From: Acetatifactor sp.
Lineage (GTDB): Bacteria > Bacillota > Clostridia > Lachnospirales > Lachnospiraceae
Reading direction: 5' to 3'
Length of the DNA stretch: 64,000 nucleotides
NCBI GenBank assembly: GCA_022511385.1
Contig: JAFLRN010000004.1
Span: 3,075-67,074, forward strand
Under the pieces are notes generated by a model, which was not told the DNA's origin, did no database searches, and saw only the letters and a program-made list of their open reading frames with translations. Positions within the stretch are counted from its first letter, which is position 1. The number at the start of each line of letters is the position of its first letter. Positions 8,813 to 18,369 of the stretch are shown piece after piece. The position numbers were made by a program, and so were the translations under genes.

Positions 8813-9753
8813 TGGCATCGCAGGATATTAGGCTAAAACAACGTAATTCCTTTTTGCTTGCACTGGCAGCATTTATCTGGGGCATCGCTTTTGTGGCGCA
8901 AAGCACCGGTGGGGACGCAGTAGGTCCATATACCTTTAACTGCATCCGTTCTGTCATAGGCAGCCTTGTATTGGTGCCTGTCATAAAGCTGTCGGACTGG
9001 CATCATTGGTCTCGCAGGAAGCCTGTCAGCCGCAAGGACTGGCGAATACTGCTTACTGGAGGAGTTGCCTGCGGAATAGCGTTATCAGTTGCCAGCAATT
9101 TACAGCAGGTGGGGATTTACCTGGGGTCCCCCGTAGGAAAGGCAGGATTTCTCACAGCCTGTTATATGTTAATGGTTCCAATATTAGGACTTTTTCTTAA
9201 GAAAAAGTGCGGTTGGAATGTCTGGCTTGGAATTGCCATAGCTATGGTTGGATTGTATCTGTTATGCATGCAGGGAAGCTTTTCTATCCAGTTTTCAGAT
9301 TTTCTTCTTTTGCTCTGCGCCCTGGCATTTGCGGTGCAGATCCTGATCGTTGACCATTATGTTGATATGGTGGACGGGGTGCGAATGGCCTGCATCCAGT
9401 TTCTTGTATGTGGCATCATCTCTGCCATACCAATGGTTTTTGTAGATATGGGCTGTTCTGTATCAGAGATTTCAGAATGGGCATCGGCATTCACAGACCC
9501 ATATGCATGGATTCCCATATTGTATGCAGGTGTTTTGTCATGCGGCGTGGCATATACCTTGCAGATCATAGGGCAGCGGGGAATGAATCCCACAGTGGCT
9601 TCCCTGATTATGAGTCTGGAGTCTGTATTCTCCGTGCTGGCAGGTTGGGTACTTTTAGGAGAAGCATTATCCGGACGGGAAATATTAGGGTGCATATTGA
9701 TTTTCAGTGCGGTGGTTTTGGCACAATTGCAGGTGCGGAAAAAGCAACCTTAG
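8809..9753 (+). CDS. DMT/EamA family transporter
   Basis: AAFIWGIAFVAQ, YTLQIIGQ, SLESVFSVLAG; about 10 TM segments; overlaps the hxlR stop. Confidence 0.9.
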   Translation: MMASQDIRLKQRNSFLLALAAFIWGIAFVAQSTGGDAVGPYTFNCIRSVIGSLVLVPVIKLSDWHHWSRRKPVSRKDWRILLTGGVACGIALSVASNLQQVGIYLGSPVGKAGFLTACYMLMVPILGLFLKKKCGWNVWLGIAIAMVGLYLLCMQGSFSIQFSDFLLLLCALAFAVQILIVDHYVDMVDGVRMACIQFLVCGIISAIPMVFVDMGCSVSEISEWASAFTDPYAWIPILYAGVLSCGVAYTLQIIGQRGMNPTVASLIMSLESVFSVLAGWVLLGEALSGREILGCILIFSAVVLAQLQVRKKQP

Positions 9754-9761
9754 AACAAAAT

Positions 9762-9793
9762 GGGATTGTCGCATAATTTGCAACAATCCCTTT
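9762..9793. terminator. Hairpin between convergent genes
   Basis: GGGATTGT...ACAATCCC inverted repeat flanked by A and T runs. Confidence 0.55.
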
Positions 9794-9812
9794 GAATACT
9801 CCTTTATGCCTT

Positions 9813-11687
9813 TTACGGCTCAACCATCTTTAACAGGTGGCCTGCCTCCTCCGCCATGGTCATGGAAACCTGCTCGCTGTTCTGGGATATCTCCACATTG
9901 CGTTCCACCACGTCGGAAATGTGTTCCAGACCGTCTATTGCCTCAGAAACGATTGATGCATTCTGGCGCACCATGTCCGCAATATCCTTGACGCCTGCGC
10001 TTGCCTTTTCAATTTGCTCCGCCATACTGTCGAACACTTCCATCGTCTGCTCGCTGATCTTTCTGCCTCCCTCAATGGCTTCTATCGTGCTCATGATAAG
10101 AGTGGCTGTTTCCTTTGCTGCCTGTGAACTTCTTGATGCCAGTGCGCCAACCTCTGTGGCCACAACAGCAAAGCCCTTGCCCATCTCACCAGCTCTCGCC
10201 GCCTCAATAGAAGCGTTCAGGGAAAGCATATTTGTCTGCCCTGCAATAGCATTGATCTCTTCGATGATCTTCTCGATTGCAGTCGACGTATCGCTGATCT
10301 TGTGGATGGACAGTTCCAACTCCTTCATCTGCGTTTTTCCCTGATGCATGGAATCAACCGTTTCATCAATCAATACTGAGCCGGCTACCGTAGCATCTGC
10401 GCTGTTATTCAGGCCCTGTACAAGCTTGTTCATTATATTCCTCAGATCGGTGACTACAGTTTCCTGTTCCTCAGTGCCGTTGTGGATCAGCCGGGCATTA
10501 TCCAATGTTTCGTTAGAGATATCATTTAAACGGGAACAAACCTGCTTCACATTTTCTATCAGCTCATGATTTGCCTCCACATCCCGCTGCTGTCTCACGA
10601 TAAGCTGCTCATTTTCATTTAAATTGTTCCGCATACCGTCTAACATGGCATTGATACCGTCGCTAAACAAAGCAAATTCCTCATTTCCCCTCTCTTCCAC
10701 ACGAACGGAATAATCTCCGGCAGCGATCAGCTTCATGGCATCTGCAAAATGATGGATCCCCTTTACGATCTTGCTGTCCACCATACGGTTAATTAAAACA
10801 AGAAGAACAAGGAAAATCACTAACATGCTGACAGACACGACTAAGGTCTGGCTCAAACGTTCCTGATAATATTCTCCAGACGGCAGAAAGGTACCGATCA
10901 GCATTCCGTCATACGCCTCAGCCACATAGTATCCTGTCACACGATTTACCTTTGTCCGTCCACTCCCTGCTTTCACAGGCAGCCCAGCATTCTTCGCTGA
11001 GGTGCCAACGAGACTTTTCTCCGGATGTGCGATGACTTGTCCTGACTGCAGATCCACCGCCCAAATGTATCCCTTTTTACCGTAATCAATCTCATCTAAT
11101 ACAACATCAACAGCAGTGTTAGCCAAAGTTTCTTCCAAAATTTCCGGACGAATACCAACCTGCACAAATCCTTTTACATCCTTTCTTGCCACACCTACAT
11201 ATTGCATCAGAATTTTCTCTGCAGCATTTTCCTGGGGCTCCTGAACGATCTCTATGGAAGGGTCGTCAATAATGACCAAAAAAGCTGCTGACTGCTCGCC
11301 GCTTCCCATATCAAATCCCACATAGGCATCTACAGTACTGTGTGTAATAATACCATTCTCATCTATCACATGCAGTTCACTTACCTTCAGATCGTCCAAC
11401 AGCGCATTCATCTTGCTTTTGTCGGAAATAATGGAAGAATCTGCTGCAATGATGTTCGCAAACGCTTTGGACTTTGCAAGGCTGTTCTCTCCCAGATTCT
11501 CTGTCAGCCTGTCAATTTCCTCCTGGTTACTCTCCAGCTTCTCCTTGACTGTGGACAATTTTTCCCGACTGTCAGACGTATTGCCAATGCTCGTTGTGAT
11601 CGTCTGCAGTATAAAAATGGCCACCATGGCCGCTACCATACCAATCAACATGTAAATGCATAAATTTTTAGTAAAGATTTTCTTCAT
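9813..11687 (-). CDS. Methyl-accepting chemotaxis protein
   Basis: Two TM segments, HAMP-like region, signalling signature IAGQTNMLSLNASIEAARAGEMGKGFAVVATEV. Confidence 0.93.
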   Translation of the reverse strand: MKKIFTKNLCIYMLIGMVAAMVAIFILQTITTSIGNTSDSREKLSTVKEKLESNQEEIDRLTENLGENSLAKSKAFANIIAADSSIISDKSKMNALLDDLKVSELHVIDENGIITHSTVDAYVGFDMGSGEQSAAFLVIIDDPSIEIVQEPQENAAEKILMQYVGVARKDVKGFVQVGIRPEILEETLANTAVDVVLDEIDYGKKGYIWAVDLQSGQVIAHPEKSLVGTSAKNAGLPVKAGSGRTKVNRVTGYYVAEAYDGMLIGTFLPSGEYYQERLSQTLVVSVSMLVIFLVLLVLINRMVDSKIVKGIHHFADAMKLIAAGDYSVRVEERGNEEFALFSDGINAMLDGMRNNLNENEQLIVRQQRDVEANHELIENVKQVCSRLNDISNETLDNARLIHNGTEEQETVVTDLRNIMNKLVQGLNNSADATVAGSVLIDETVDSMHQGKTQMKELELSIHKISDTSTAIEKIIEEINAIAGQTNMLSLNASIEAARAGEMGKGFAVVATEVGALASRSSQAAKETATLIMSTIEAIEGGRKISEQTMEVFDSMAEQIEKASAGVKDIADMVRQNASIVSEAIDGLEHISDVVERNVEISQNSEQVSMTMAEEAGHLLKMVEP

Positions 11688-11845
11688 TCCATAATCCTCC
11701 GCTTTTTAGCTGTAAGTATCTGCTCCTACACTTTTCGCGGTAATTGTATCTATATTTACTTAGATTTACAATATTTTTGGAATGAAACGCATTTTCGAGG
11801 GAACAAACTGCATATCAAGACTAATTTGTTTCTGTATACGGGTTT

Positions 11846-12592
11846 CTATATACGTTTTCTCTTTTCAAAAAAGTTATGTATTTCCTGCACGATCCGATCC
11901 GGTTCCATGGTTTTCAACAGATACCCCTCGGGCTTTAGCGTCATGACCTTCAGAATACTTTCCTTGTCATTTTTACTGGTCAAAAAGATAACAGGGACAT
12001 CACTGAATTCGGTTTCCGTGCGGATCATCTCCAAAACCTGGCTCCCGTCTACAACCGGCATCTCATAGTCAAGGAGCACAAGGTCCGGGCGGTTCGTCGC
12101 GAGATATTTGATCGCCATTGCACCGGAATTGGCAAGGATCACCTGGTAGTCGTTCTCAAGCCATCCCTTGATATTGCGGAGCATGGCGCCGGAATCGTCA
12201 ACCACCAGTATTTTTTTCTTTACATGTCTTCCATAACTTTTGATATACTCATCTATCTTTTGGACGACCTGTTTGATGTCGATGGGTCTTTGGAAAACGT
12301 GCTGCAAAACATGATCCGGGATCAGCCTTTTTAATGATTCCGCCTCATCACCCATATAAAAAATTGGAATATCCTCTTCTACCGCTTTATCCCTCAGATA
12401 AACAATGTCCTGGGTTTTGTCCTCTCCGTCGCTTTCCATGTACAGGATAAGAGCTTCAAAAGAATCCTTTAACTTAGATATCTTCTGCACATCAAGGCTT
12501 TCCACAACCACATGATATTCCAGCTCTGTAAACTGCTCCATGGCAGATCTTACAAAAAGACTGTTTTTCTCCGATACGATCAATATGTTCAT
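11846..12592 (-). CDS. Response regulator (degenerate N-terminal receiver plus intact C-terminal receiver)
   Basis: KILVVDDS, DLVLLDYEMPVVDG, PVIFLTS, YLLK; no DNA-binding output domain seen. Confidence 0.82.
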   Translation of the reverse strand: MNILIVSEKNSLFVRSAMEQFTELEYHVVVESLDVQKISKLKDSFEALILYMESDGEDKTQDIVYLRDKAVEEDIPIFYMGDEAESLKRLIPDHVLQHVFQRPIDIKQVVQKIDEYIKSYGRHVKKKILVVDDSGAMLRNIKGWLENDYQVILANSGAMAIKYLATNRPDLVLLDYEMPVVDGSQVLEMIRTETEFSDVPVIFLTSKNDKESILKVMTLKPEGYLLKTMEPDRIVQEIHNFFEKRKRI

Positions 12593-12618
12593 TTGGCGCT
12601 CCTCTCTTCTTTCCCGGA

Positions 12619-15600
12619 TCATTCATGCATGGTATAATCCGCATCATTTTTTATCAGTTCAATCATAACATCCGCTATCTGTGGGTCAAATTGGGTGCCT
12701 CTGCCTTTTTCCATCTCACTCAGCACTGTTTCCTGCGATAGGAGACCACGATAGCTTCTGTTGGATGTCATTGCATCGTAGGAATCAGCAACACCGATGA
12801 TCCTGGCAAGCTCAGGAATATTTTCACCTGCCAGATGATCCGGATACCCGCCTCCGTCATATCTTTCGTGATGCCATCTGGCTCCTATGGATATTTCGGG
12901 TATTTCTGAAATCTCCTTTAAAATATTTCCGCCAATATCCGGATGCGTTTTGATTACCGCATATTCTTCATCTGTCAGCCTGGCTGGCTTATTAATAATC
13001 TCTTCCGGAATCCCAATCTTTCCAATATCATGCAATAATCCCGCATATCGAAGCCGCTCAAGCTGTTCACCGGCATATCCCAGTTTTTCAGCGATCATAC
13101 CTGCATACATGGCAACCCTTGTAGAATGACCGTTGGTGTAGGAATCCTTGGCATCAATTGCGTTTGCCAGGGATTGTATCATCTGCAGGGACAGCCGTTC
13201 CACGCTCTGACGCCTTTGTTCCGCAATAGAAGTCTGCTTTTGCACCTCGTCCTGTAGATTTTTCTTCAGGTAATCCAGCTCCAGAATTCTTTGGATTCTC
13301 TGAATCGCCACATCCTTCTGGAAGGGCTTCCTCAGAAAATCTACTGCCCCCTCGTGAAATCCCTGAATTTCCGTATCCTCGTCAGCGTCCGATGTCAGAA
13401 ACACAACAGGTATCTCCGCATATTCCTTTGTTGTCTTCAACCGACGGATAATGTCGATTCCATCCATATCCGGCATATGTACATCCAACAGGATCAAATC
13501 CGGTATTGTGTTCTCCAGTAGTTCAAATGCCATCCCGCCGGTTGTAGCTGCAGTCACACGAAAACTCTCGCTCAACATTTCCGACACTAACCGGATATTC
13601 ATCTCATCGTCATCCACTGCCATGATCAGAGGCTTATCACTGTCATTACCGTCTTCACTGTCTTCCAGATTCTCGCACATTTGCTTTGTCAGGTTCATGA
13701 CATCTTCCATTGCCACATCCGCAACATAAGCATCCAGCTGCTCCATCATGGATTTTAGATTCTCCGGAAGCGCATAGCCCTTAAGCTCCTTTAACGCATT
13801 GTCCGCCTCATCCAGATCAAAAGCATCCATTGCGTCATGCAGTTTCATCAGGGCTTCCCGTATCACCGCATAAGAGACCTTTTCCTTCCCAATGTCCTCT
13901 TCTTTTGCGTATTCCGCCAAAATCGGCTTATAGCTCCTGTACAGCTCCAAAACCGCCGGTGTGCGTTCCCTTAACAGCTCCTGCTCTCCCGCATTGCCCA
14001 GCTGTTCCATTTCATAAAAGAGCCCGGACAATTCCATTGCCCCTATCATTCTTGCGGTATTTTTTAACGCATGTACTTCAATTGTGTAATCACGGATCAT
14101 GCCATCTGCAAGACACTGCTCCACCTTTGCACTCTTCGGGTCGATCAGTTTATAGAAATCTCCCAGCAGGCTTACAAACAGCTTTCGGGAACCGCAATTC
14201 TTGATCCCTTCGGATACATCCAGATTTTCAATGACTGGTAGTTCTTCCCCCGCTTCCATGCCTGCATTCTGCATCACAACTGTATTCTCTTTTACCAGAT
14301 CTGACCGCAGCCACTTTACGATGCATTCGCATATCTCTTTCATTTGTATAGGTTTTGCAACAAAGTCGCTTAAACCCTCGTCCTGGAACATCTTCCTGGC
14401 CTCGGTAGTGGCGTTGGCCGATAAGGCGATGATCGGAAGCTCCTGATAATATTCACCCTCCAGTGCACGAATCTCATGTGTCGCTTCAATTCCATCCATG
14501 ACTGGCATCATGTGATCCATAAATACAAGATCATAGTGCCCACTCTGCTTTATCTTATCCACTGCCAGCCTGCCGTTCATTGCTGTGTCGATCTGCATAT
14601 GAAGGGGTTCCAAAAGGCCAATGGCAACCTTTAGGTTCATCTCGTTGTCGTCCACGATCAGGATCCTTGCGTCCGGCGCAGTGAAATTGATACTTCTTTC
14701 CGACTTGACTGCCACTCCATGTATTTCCCTGTTCACAGCCTGACAGAAGTTTAAACTGTATAAGGGTTTGTTCAGAATGATCGCACCTGATTCCCCCGCA
14801 GAATCCAGCATAGGATTCTTCAGAACATATACCGTGCTCTTCCACTTCTTAAATACTTCTCTTTCCAATTCAGAAAACGAAGTGACGCTGTCAGTAAATA
14901 TGTATTTCACAGGAGTCTGTTCTTCCGAAATATGCTCGTTTCGGACTGCCTGTATGCCATATGCCCGCGCCAATTTGTCCGCCGCTTCACACAAATACGG
15001 ATTCCCGAATCGGAATATTACAGCGTCTGACCGATTCTCTTCTTTAATGTCTGCCGCCCTCTTTGTATCAACAAGCGTTTGCTGAATCGTAAAGTAAAAC
15101 TCGCTCCCCTTTTCATACTCGCTTCGTACTTCGATCCTGCCTCCCATCATTTCAATTAACTGCTTTGAAATAGAGAGCCCCAGACCGGTTCCTTCCTTAT
15201 ACCGGTTTTTCTTTGTATCCACCTGCTGGAAGGATGAGAATATCTTCTCCAGATCTTCTTCTGCAATTCCCTGGCCTGTGTCCTTCACGGAAAAGAATAA
15301 CTTGACATTGTCATTCTCGATACTTTCCACCTTTATTGTCAGCTTTACATATCCTTTTTCCGTAAACTTGATCGCATTGTTTACAATATTGATAATGACC
15401 TGTCGAATTCTAAGTTCGTCTCCATGGAGTTTAACCGGAAGCTCGCTGTCTATATCAAACAATAACTCTACATCTTTATTTCCTATCCGATTTAAGAAGA
15501 TCATTCCCAGATCGCTCAGCATAGACATAGGCTCATATTGATCCTCAGTAAGTTCCAGCTTGCCCGACTCGATCTTGGAAAAATCAAGGATGTCATTGAT

Positions 15601-16800
15601 AATCCGAAGAAGCGCATTTCCGGAATTCTGGATATTGTACAAATACCCTCTCTCCTGCTCCGGCAGCTGGCTGCGCAGCAGTATTTCCGTCATTCCCACA
15701 ATGGCGTTCATGGGCGTTCTGATCTCATGGGACATATTTGACATAAAAACGGACTTTGCCTGGTTCGCATCCTCCGCGTTCTGTTTTTCTATCTGTAACT
15801 CCTGCATTAGTTTATGCTGCTTTGTGACATCCATCAGCACCAGGCTGTAGCCCTGTACCCCGTCTTTATTTTTCAGGGATACAATTTGCTTTTCGTAAAA
15901 TTTCCCCTCAATTTCCTCTTCATCCGAATCTCTCACCATAAGCTGGTGCAATTCCTCGGATATTCTCTCATTTCTCCTCTGGTGCTTTAGTTCCTTGAAC
16001 AGCCGTCGCGCACCGGCATTCGCTTCCAGAAATCCAAAGGAGCTGTCCACGATAACAAACGCGCCGTCCATATTCTCGAATACCCAATCACGTCCTCTGT
16101 CCGTGACGCTGAACATCTCCCCGTGCATCACGCCCAGTATGATAAACAGGATAGAAAGCGAGCTTAAAATTGGCACAATATTATAGTCAAATTCACATAA
16201 CAGCATCAGCACCAGGGACAGCAGCACTACAAATTGAGCCCCCACCAGTCTTGCAATATTATTTTTCTCTTTCCGGGAGGCTACCTTACGCATCTTAACC
16301 ATGGTATAGATAATGCCATACAGCAAAAACGAGCAAATAAAGCTATACCTGGCCACATACAAAGGACCCGGGGGCAGATTCTCCTTTACGATTCCCAAAT
16401 CTGCAGGCACTTCAAAGGACATTTCCTTGAAAAAAAGCTGAAATTTCAGAAGTCCCTGTAAGCTTATGAAATTAAATACCTCAAATAAGCCCCACAGACA
16501 CATCAGCCAATGGATTCGCCTGATCTGAAAATAAGAAATGATAAACAGGACAAAAAACAGATAAAAGATAATATTCCCAGTATACTCAACATTGTACCCA
16601 AACTCTGCCAGGTCCGGGGATTTTGCTCTCAAGAGAAGGATGTATCCTCCGTTCATGATCAGGCAGCCAAAGTTCGTCAACATCAGGTACATGGTTGTCT
16701 TGCTTTGTTCCTTTTGAATCAGCACAAGAATTCCGACTAACGGAATGAGGATACCTATTGTTTGTATTATCATGAGGATTCCATTTATCGTCATAGTCAA
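12619..16800 (-). CDS. Membrane hybrid sensor kinase: multi-TM sensor, HisKA/HATPase, REC, HPt, REC, HD-GYP phosphodiesterase
   Basis: SNMSHEIRTPMN, NNAIKFT, DTGQG, GTGLGL, FMDHMMP, VHALKNTARMIGA, LLDVHMP, HDIGKIGIP, HHERYDGGGYP. Confidence 0.9.
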   Translation of the reverse strand: MTMTINGILMIIQTIGILIPLVGILVLIQKEQSKTTMYLMLTNFGCLIMNGGYILLLRAKSPDLAEFGYNVEYTGNIIFYLFFVLFIISYFQIRRIHWLMCLWGLFEVFNFISLQGLLKFQLFFKEMSFEVPADLGIVKENLPPGPLYVARYSFICSFLLYGIIYTMVKMRKVASRKEKNNIARLVGAQFVVLLSLVLMLLCEFDYNIVPILSSLSILFIILGVMHGEMFSVTDRGRDWVFENMDGAFVIVDSSFGFLEANAGARRLFKELKHQRRNERISEELHQLMVRDSDEEEIEGKFYEKQIVSLKNKDGVQGYSLVLMDVTKQHKLMQELQIEKQNAEDANQAKSVFMSNMSHEIRTPMNAIVGMTEILLRSQLPEQERGYLYNIQNSGNALLRIINDILDFSKIESGKLELTEDQYEPMSMLSDLGMIFLNRIGNKDVELLFDIDSELPVKLHGDELRIRQVIINIVNNAIKFTEKGYVKLTIKVESIENDNVKLFFSVKDTGQGIAEEDLEKIFSSFQQVDTKKNRYKEGTGLGLSISKQLIEMMGGRIEVRSEYEKGSEFYFTIQQTLVDTKRAADIKEENRSDAVIFRFGNPYLCEAADKLARAYGIQAVRNEHISEEQTPVKYIFTDSVTSFSELEREVFKKWKSTVYVLKNPMLDSAGESGAIILNKPLYSLNFCQAVNREIHGVAVKSERSINFTAPDARILIVDDNEMNLKVAIGLLEPLHMQIDTAMNGRLAVDKIKQSGHYDLVFMDHMMPVMDGIEATHEIRALEGEYYQELPIIALSANATTEARKMFQDEGLSDFVAKPIQMKEICECIVKWLRSDLVKENTVVMQNAGMEAGEELPVIENLDVSEGIKNCGSRKLFVSLLGDFYKLIDPKSAKVEQCLADGMIRDYTIEVHALKNTARMIGAMELSGLFYEMEQLGNAGEQELLRERTPAVLELYRSYKPILAEYAKEEDIGKEKVSYAVIREALMKLHDAMDAFDLDEADNALKELKGYALPENLKSMMEQLDAYVADVAMEDVMNLTKQMCENLEDSEDGNDSDKPLIMAVDDDEMNIRLVSEMLSESFRVTAATTGGMAFELLENTIPDLILLDVHMPDMDGIDIIRRLKTTKEYAEIPVVFLTSDADEDTEIQGFHEGAVDFLRKPFQKDVAIQRIQRILELDYLKKNLQDEVQKQTSIAEQRRQSVERLSLQMIQSLANAIDAKDSYTNGHSTRVAMYAGMIAEKLGYAGEQLERLRYAGLLHDIGKIGIPEEIINKPARLTDEEYAVIKTHPDIGGNILKEISEIPEISIGARWHHERYDGGGYPDHLAGENIPELARIIGVADSYDAMTSNRSYRGLLSQETVLSEMEKGRGTQFDPQIADVMIELIKNDADYTMHE

Positions 16801-17169
16801 TCATTCCTCTCCAAATACATTTACTTTTGTATTATAGACCATTGGGGAGATAATTTCAATTGGCCTTCATGAATCTTTTCAGCTATACAATTATAATCAT
16901 TACACATTCCTCTGGCACTTGAAAACTTCAAGGAAATATGTATATTTGTTGAGGAAATTTAGCTTTACTCCAAAGGAGCCTTAATTCTTTTCTGGAATAA
17001 CTTCGACGAAGATATAGCATGATTATGATTATTCAGAAATAAATAAATGGCATGATTTTATGAATATAATACGACAATTCCTGCCGACTGTTTATAACAG
17101 TCTGACCTGCATCCACAAATTTGTGATGCAGGCAGTTGTCACTTAAAAACGCAGTAATATCATTCCCTA

Positions 17170-17569
17170 TCAAACTTGTGCTTTCATTAATTCATCCCTT
17201 GCCCATTCGCTGATTTTTTCCTCCGAATCCGCCACCTGATGCCCCAGGAAGTCGCGGACGGCCAAAATATCAATATCCGGGCATATCTTTCGCATTTCCT
17301 TGACGCTCCTTCCGAAACCGCCTCCGCCGCTGGTGACAAAAACGATGACCCGGATGCCATTCTCCTGTTCTTCCTTTGCCTCATTGATCATCTCCATGTA
17401 ATCTTTTTTGTAGGTCTTGACCGTCTCAATCTCAAAAATGTCACCACCGACAGCCTTCTGGATAAACTCCGCAGCAACCGCAGTGTTTCCTTTCTCCAGA
17501 TACACGGTTTTATCACCGGGCGCAAGATTTTCGCCCTTCAACGAAAAAAACAGTCAGGATCTTAGCCAT
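17170..17569 (-). pseudogene. Degraded flavodoxin paralogue
   Basis: ATG 17569 (MAKILTVF) is out of frame with KGENLAPG across a T7 tract. The central segment present in the upstream paralogue (PELK...CGPCWWGTFPM...SGKK) is missing between ENGIR and VIVFVTS. Confidence 0.7.
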
Positions 17570-17623
17570 TTTTCCTCTGCTTCTTCTGCTTCTGCGAATC
17601 TTTATTCCATAAACTTCAGCATA

Positions 17624-18139
17624 CTAGATTGCCTTTTGCGCCCAAGACACCACAGTGTTTTCGGATTCCGAAGCGTCGGCGCCGTGTACTGCAAGGCCTT
17701 TTCCAAAGACCGCACCGGCACAGAGCTTTTTCAGATCGCTCTCACAGGTTCCCAGACCGCTGCCTTCATGGGTCATTACCGCCATCACCTTTTTGCCGGA
17801 GAAATCTAGCTTTTCCAGCTGTGTGAAGATTGCCATCGGGAAGGTTCCCCACCAGCAGGGGCCACAGACAAAAACATTATCATATTCCGCAATGCTGTCC
17901 AGATACTTTTTCAGTTCCGGCCTCGCCTGCTCACGCAGCTCCTGCTTTGCCTCTTCAATACATGTATAGTAGTCCGCAGCATATGTCTTTACCGTCTCCA
18001 CCTCAAACAGGTCGCCGCCCACTGCTTTCTGAATGAATTCAGCAACGATCTCCGTATTGCCCTTTGCGATGTTCTTGATGTTGCCGTTCCAATAGTTTTC
18101 ACCTTTACGAGAGTAAAACAGAATCAAATTTTTTGCCAT
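17624..18139 (-). CDS. Flavodoxin family protein
   Basis: YSRKGENYW, KGNTEIVAE, CGPCWWGTFPM, THEGSGLG. Confidence 0.88.
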   Translation of the reverse strand: MAKNLILFYSRKGENYWNGNIKNIAKGNTEIVAEFIQKAVGGDLFEVETVKTYAADYYTCIEEAKQELREQARPELKKYLDSIAEYDNVFVCGPCWWGTFPMAIFTQLEKLDFSGKKVMAVMTHEGSGLGTCESDLKKLCAGAVFGKGLAVHGADASESENTVVSWAQKAI

Positions 18140-18369
18140 GACCTTGTTCTCCTTTTTTTGTATATTATAGTACAAAAGTCACTAATGTTTCAATCAGGAA
18201 CTTTCAACTCGAAAAAATTTATTAACGGAATAGAATAAATGATGATATGCCTCCGTCATAGCCCTTTTCCTTCTGGATAAAATATGCTATACTTCTTCTG
18301 ACCGCTCGTGAAACTTTACAGACCTGTATTCGGAATATAAAAAATCACAAGTATAGGGAGGCCAAAAGG

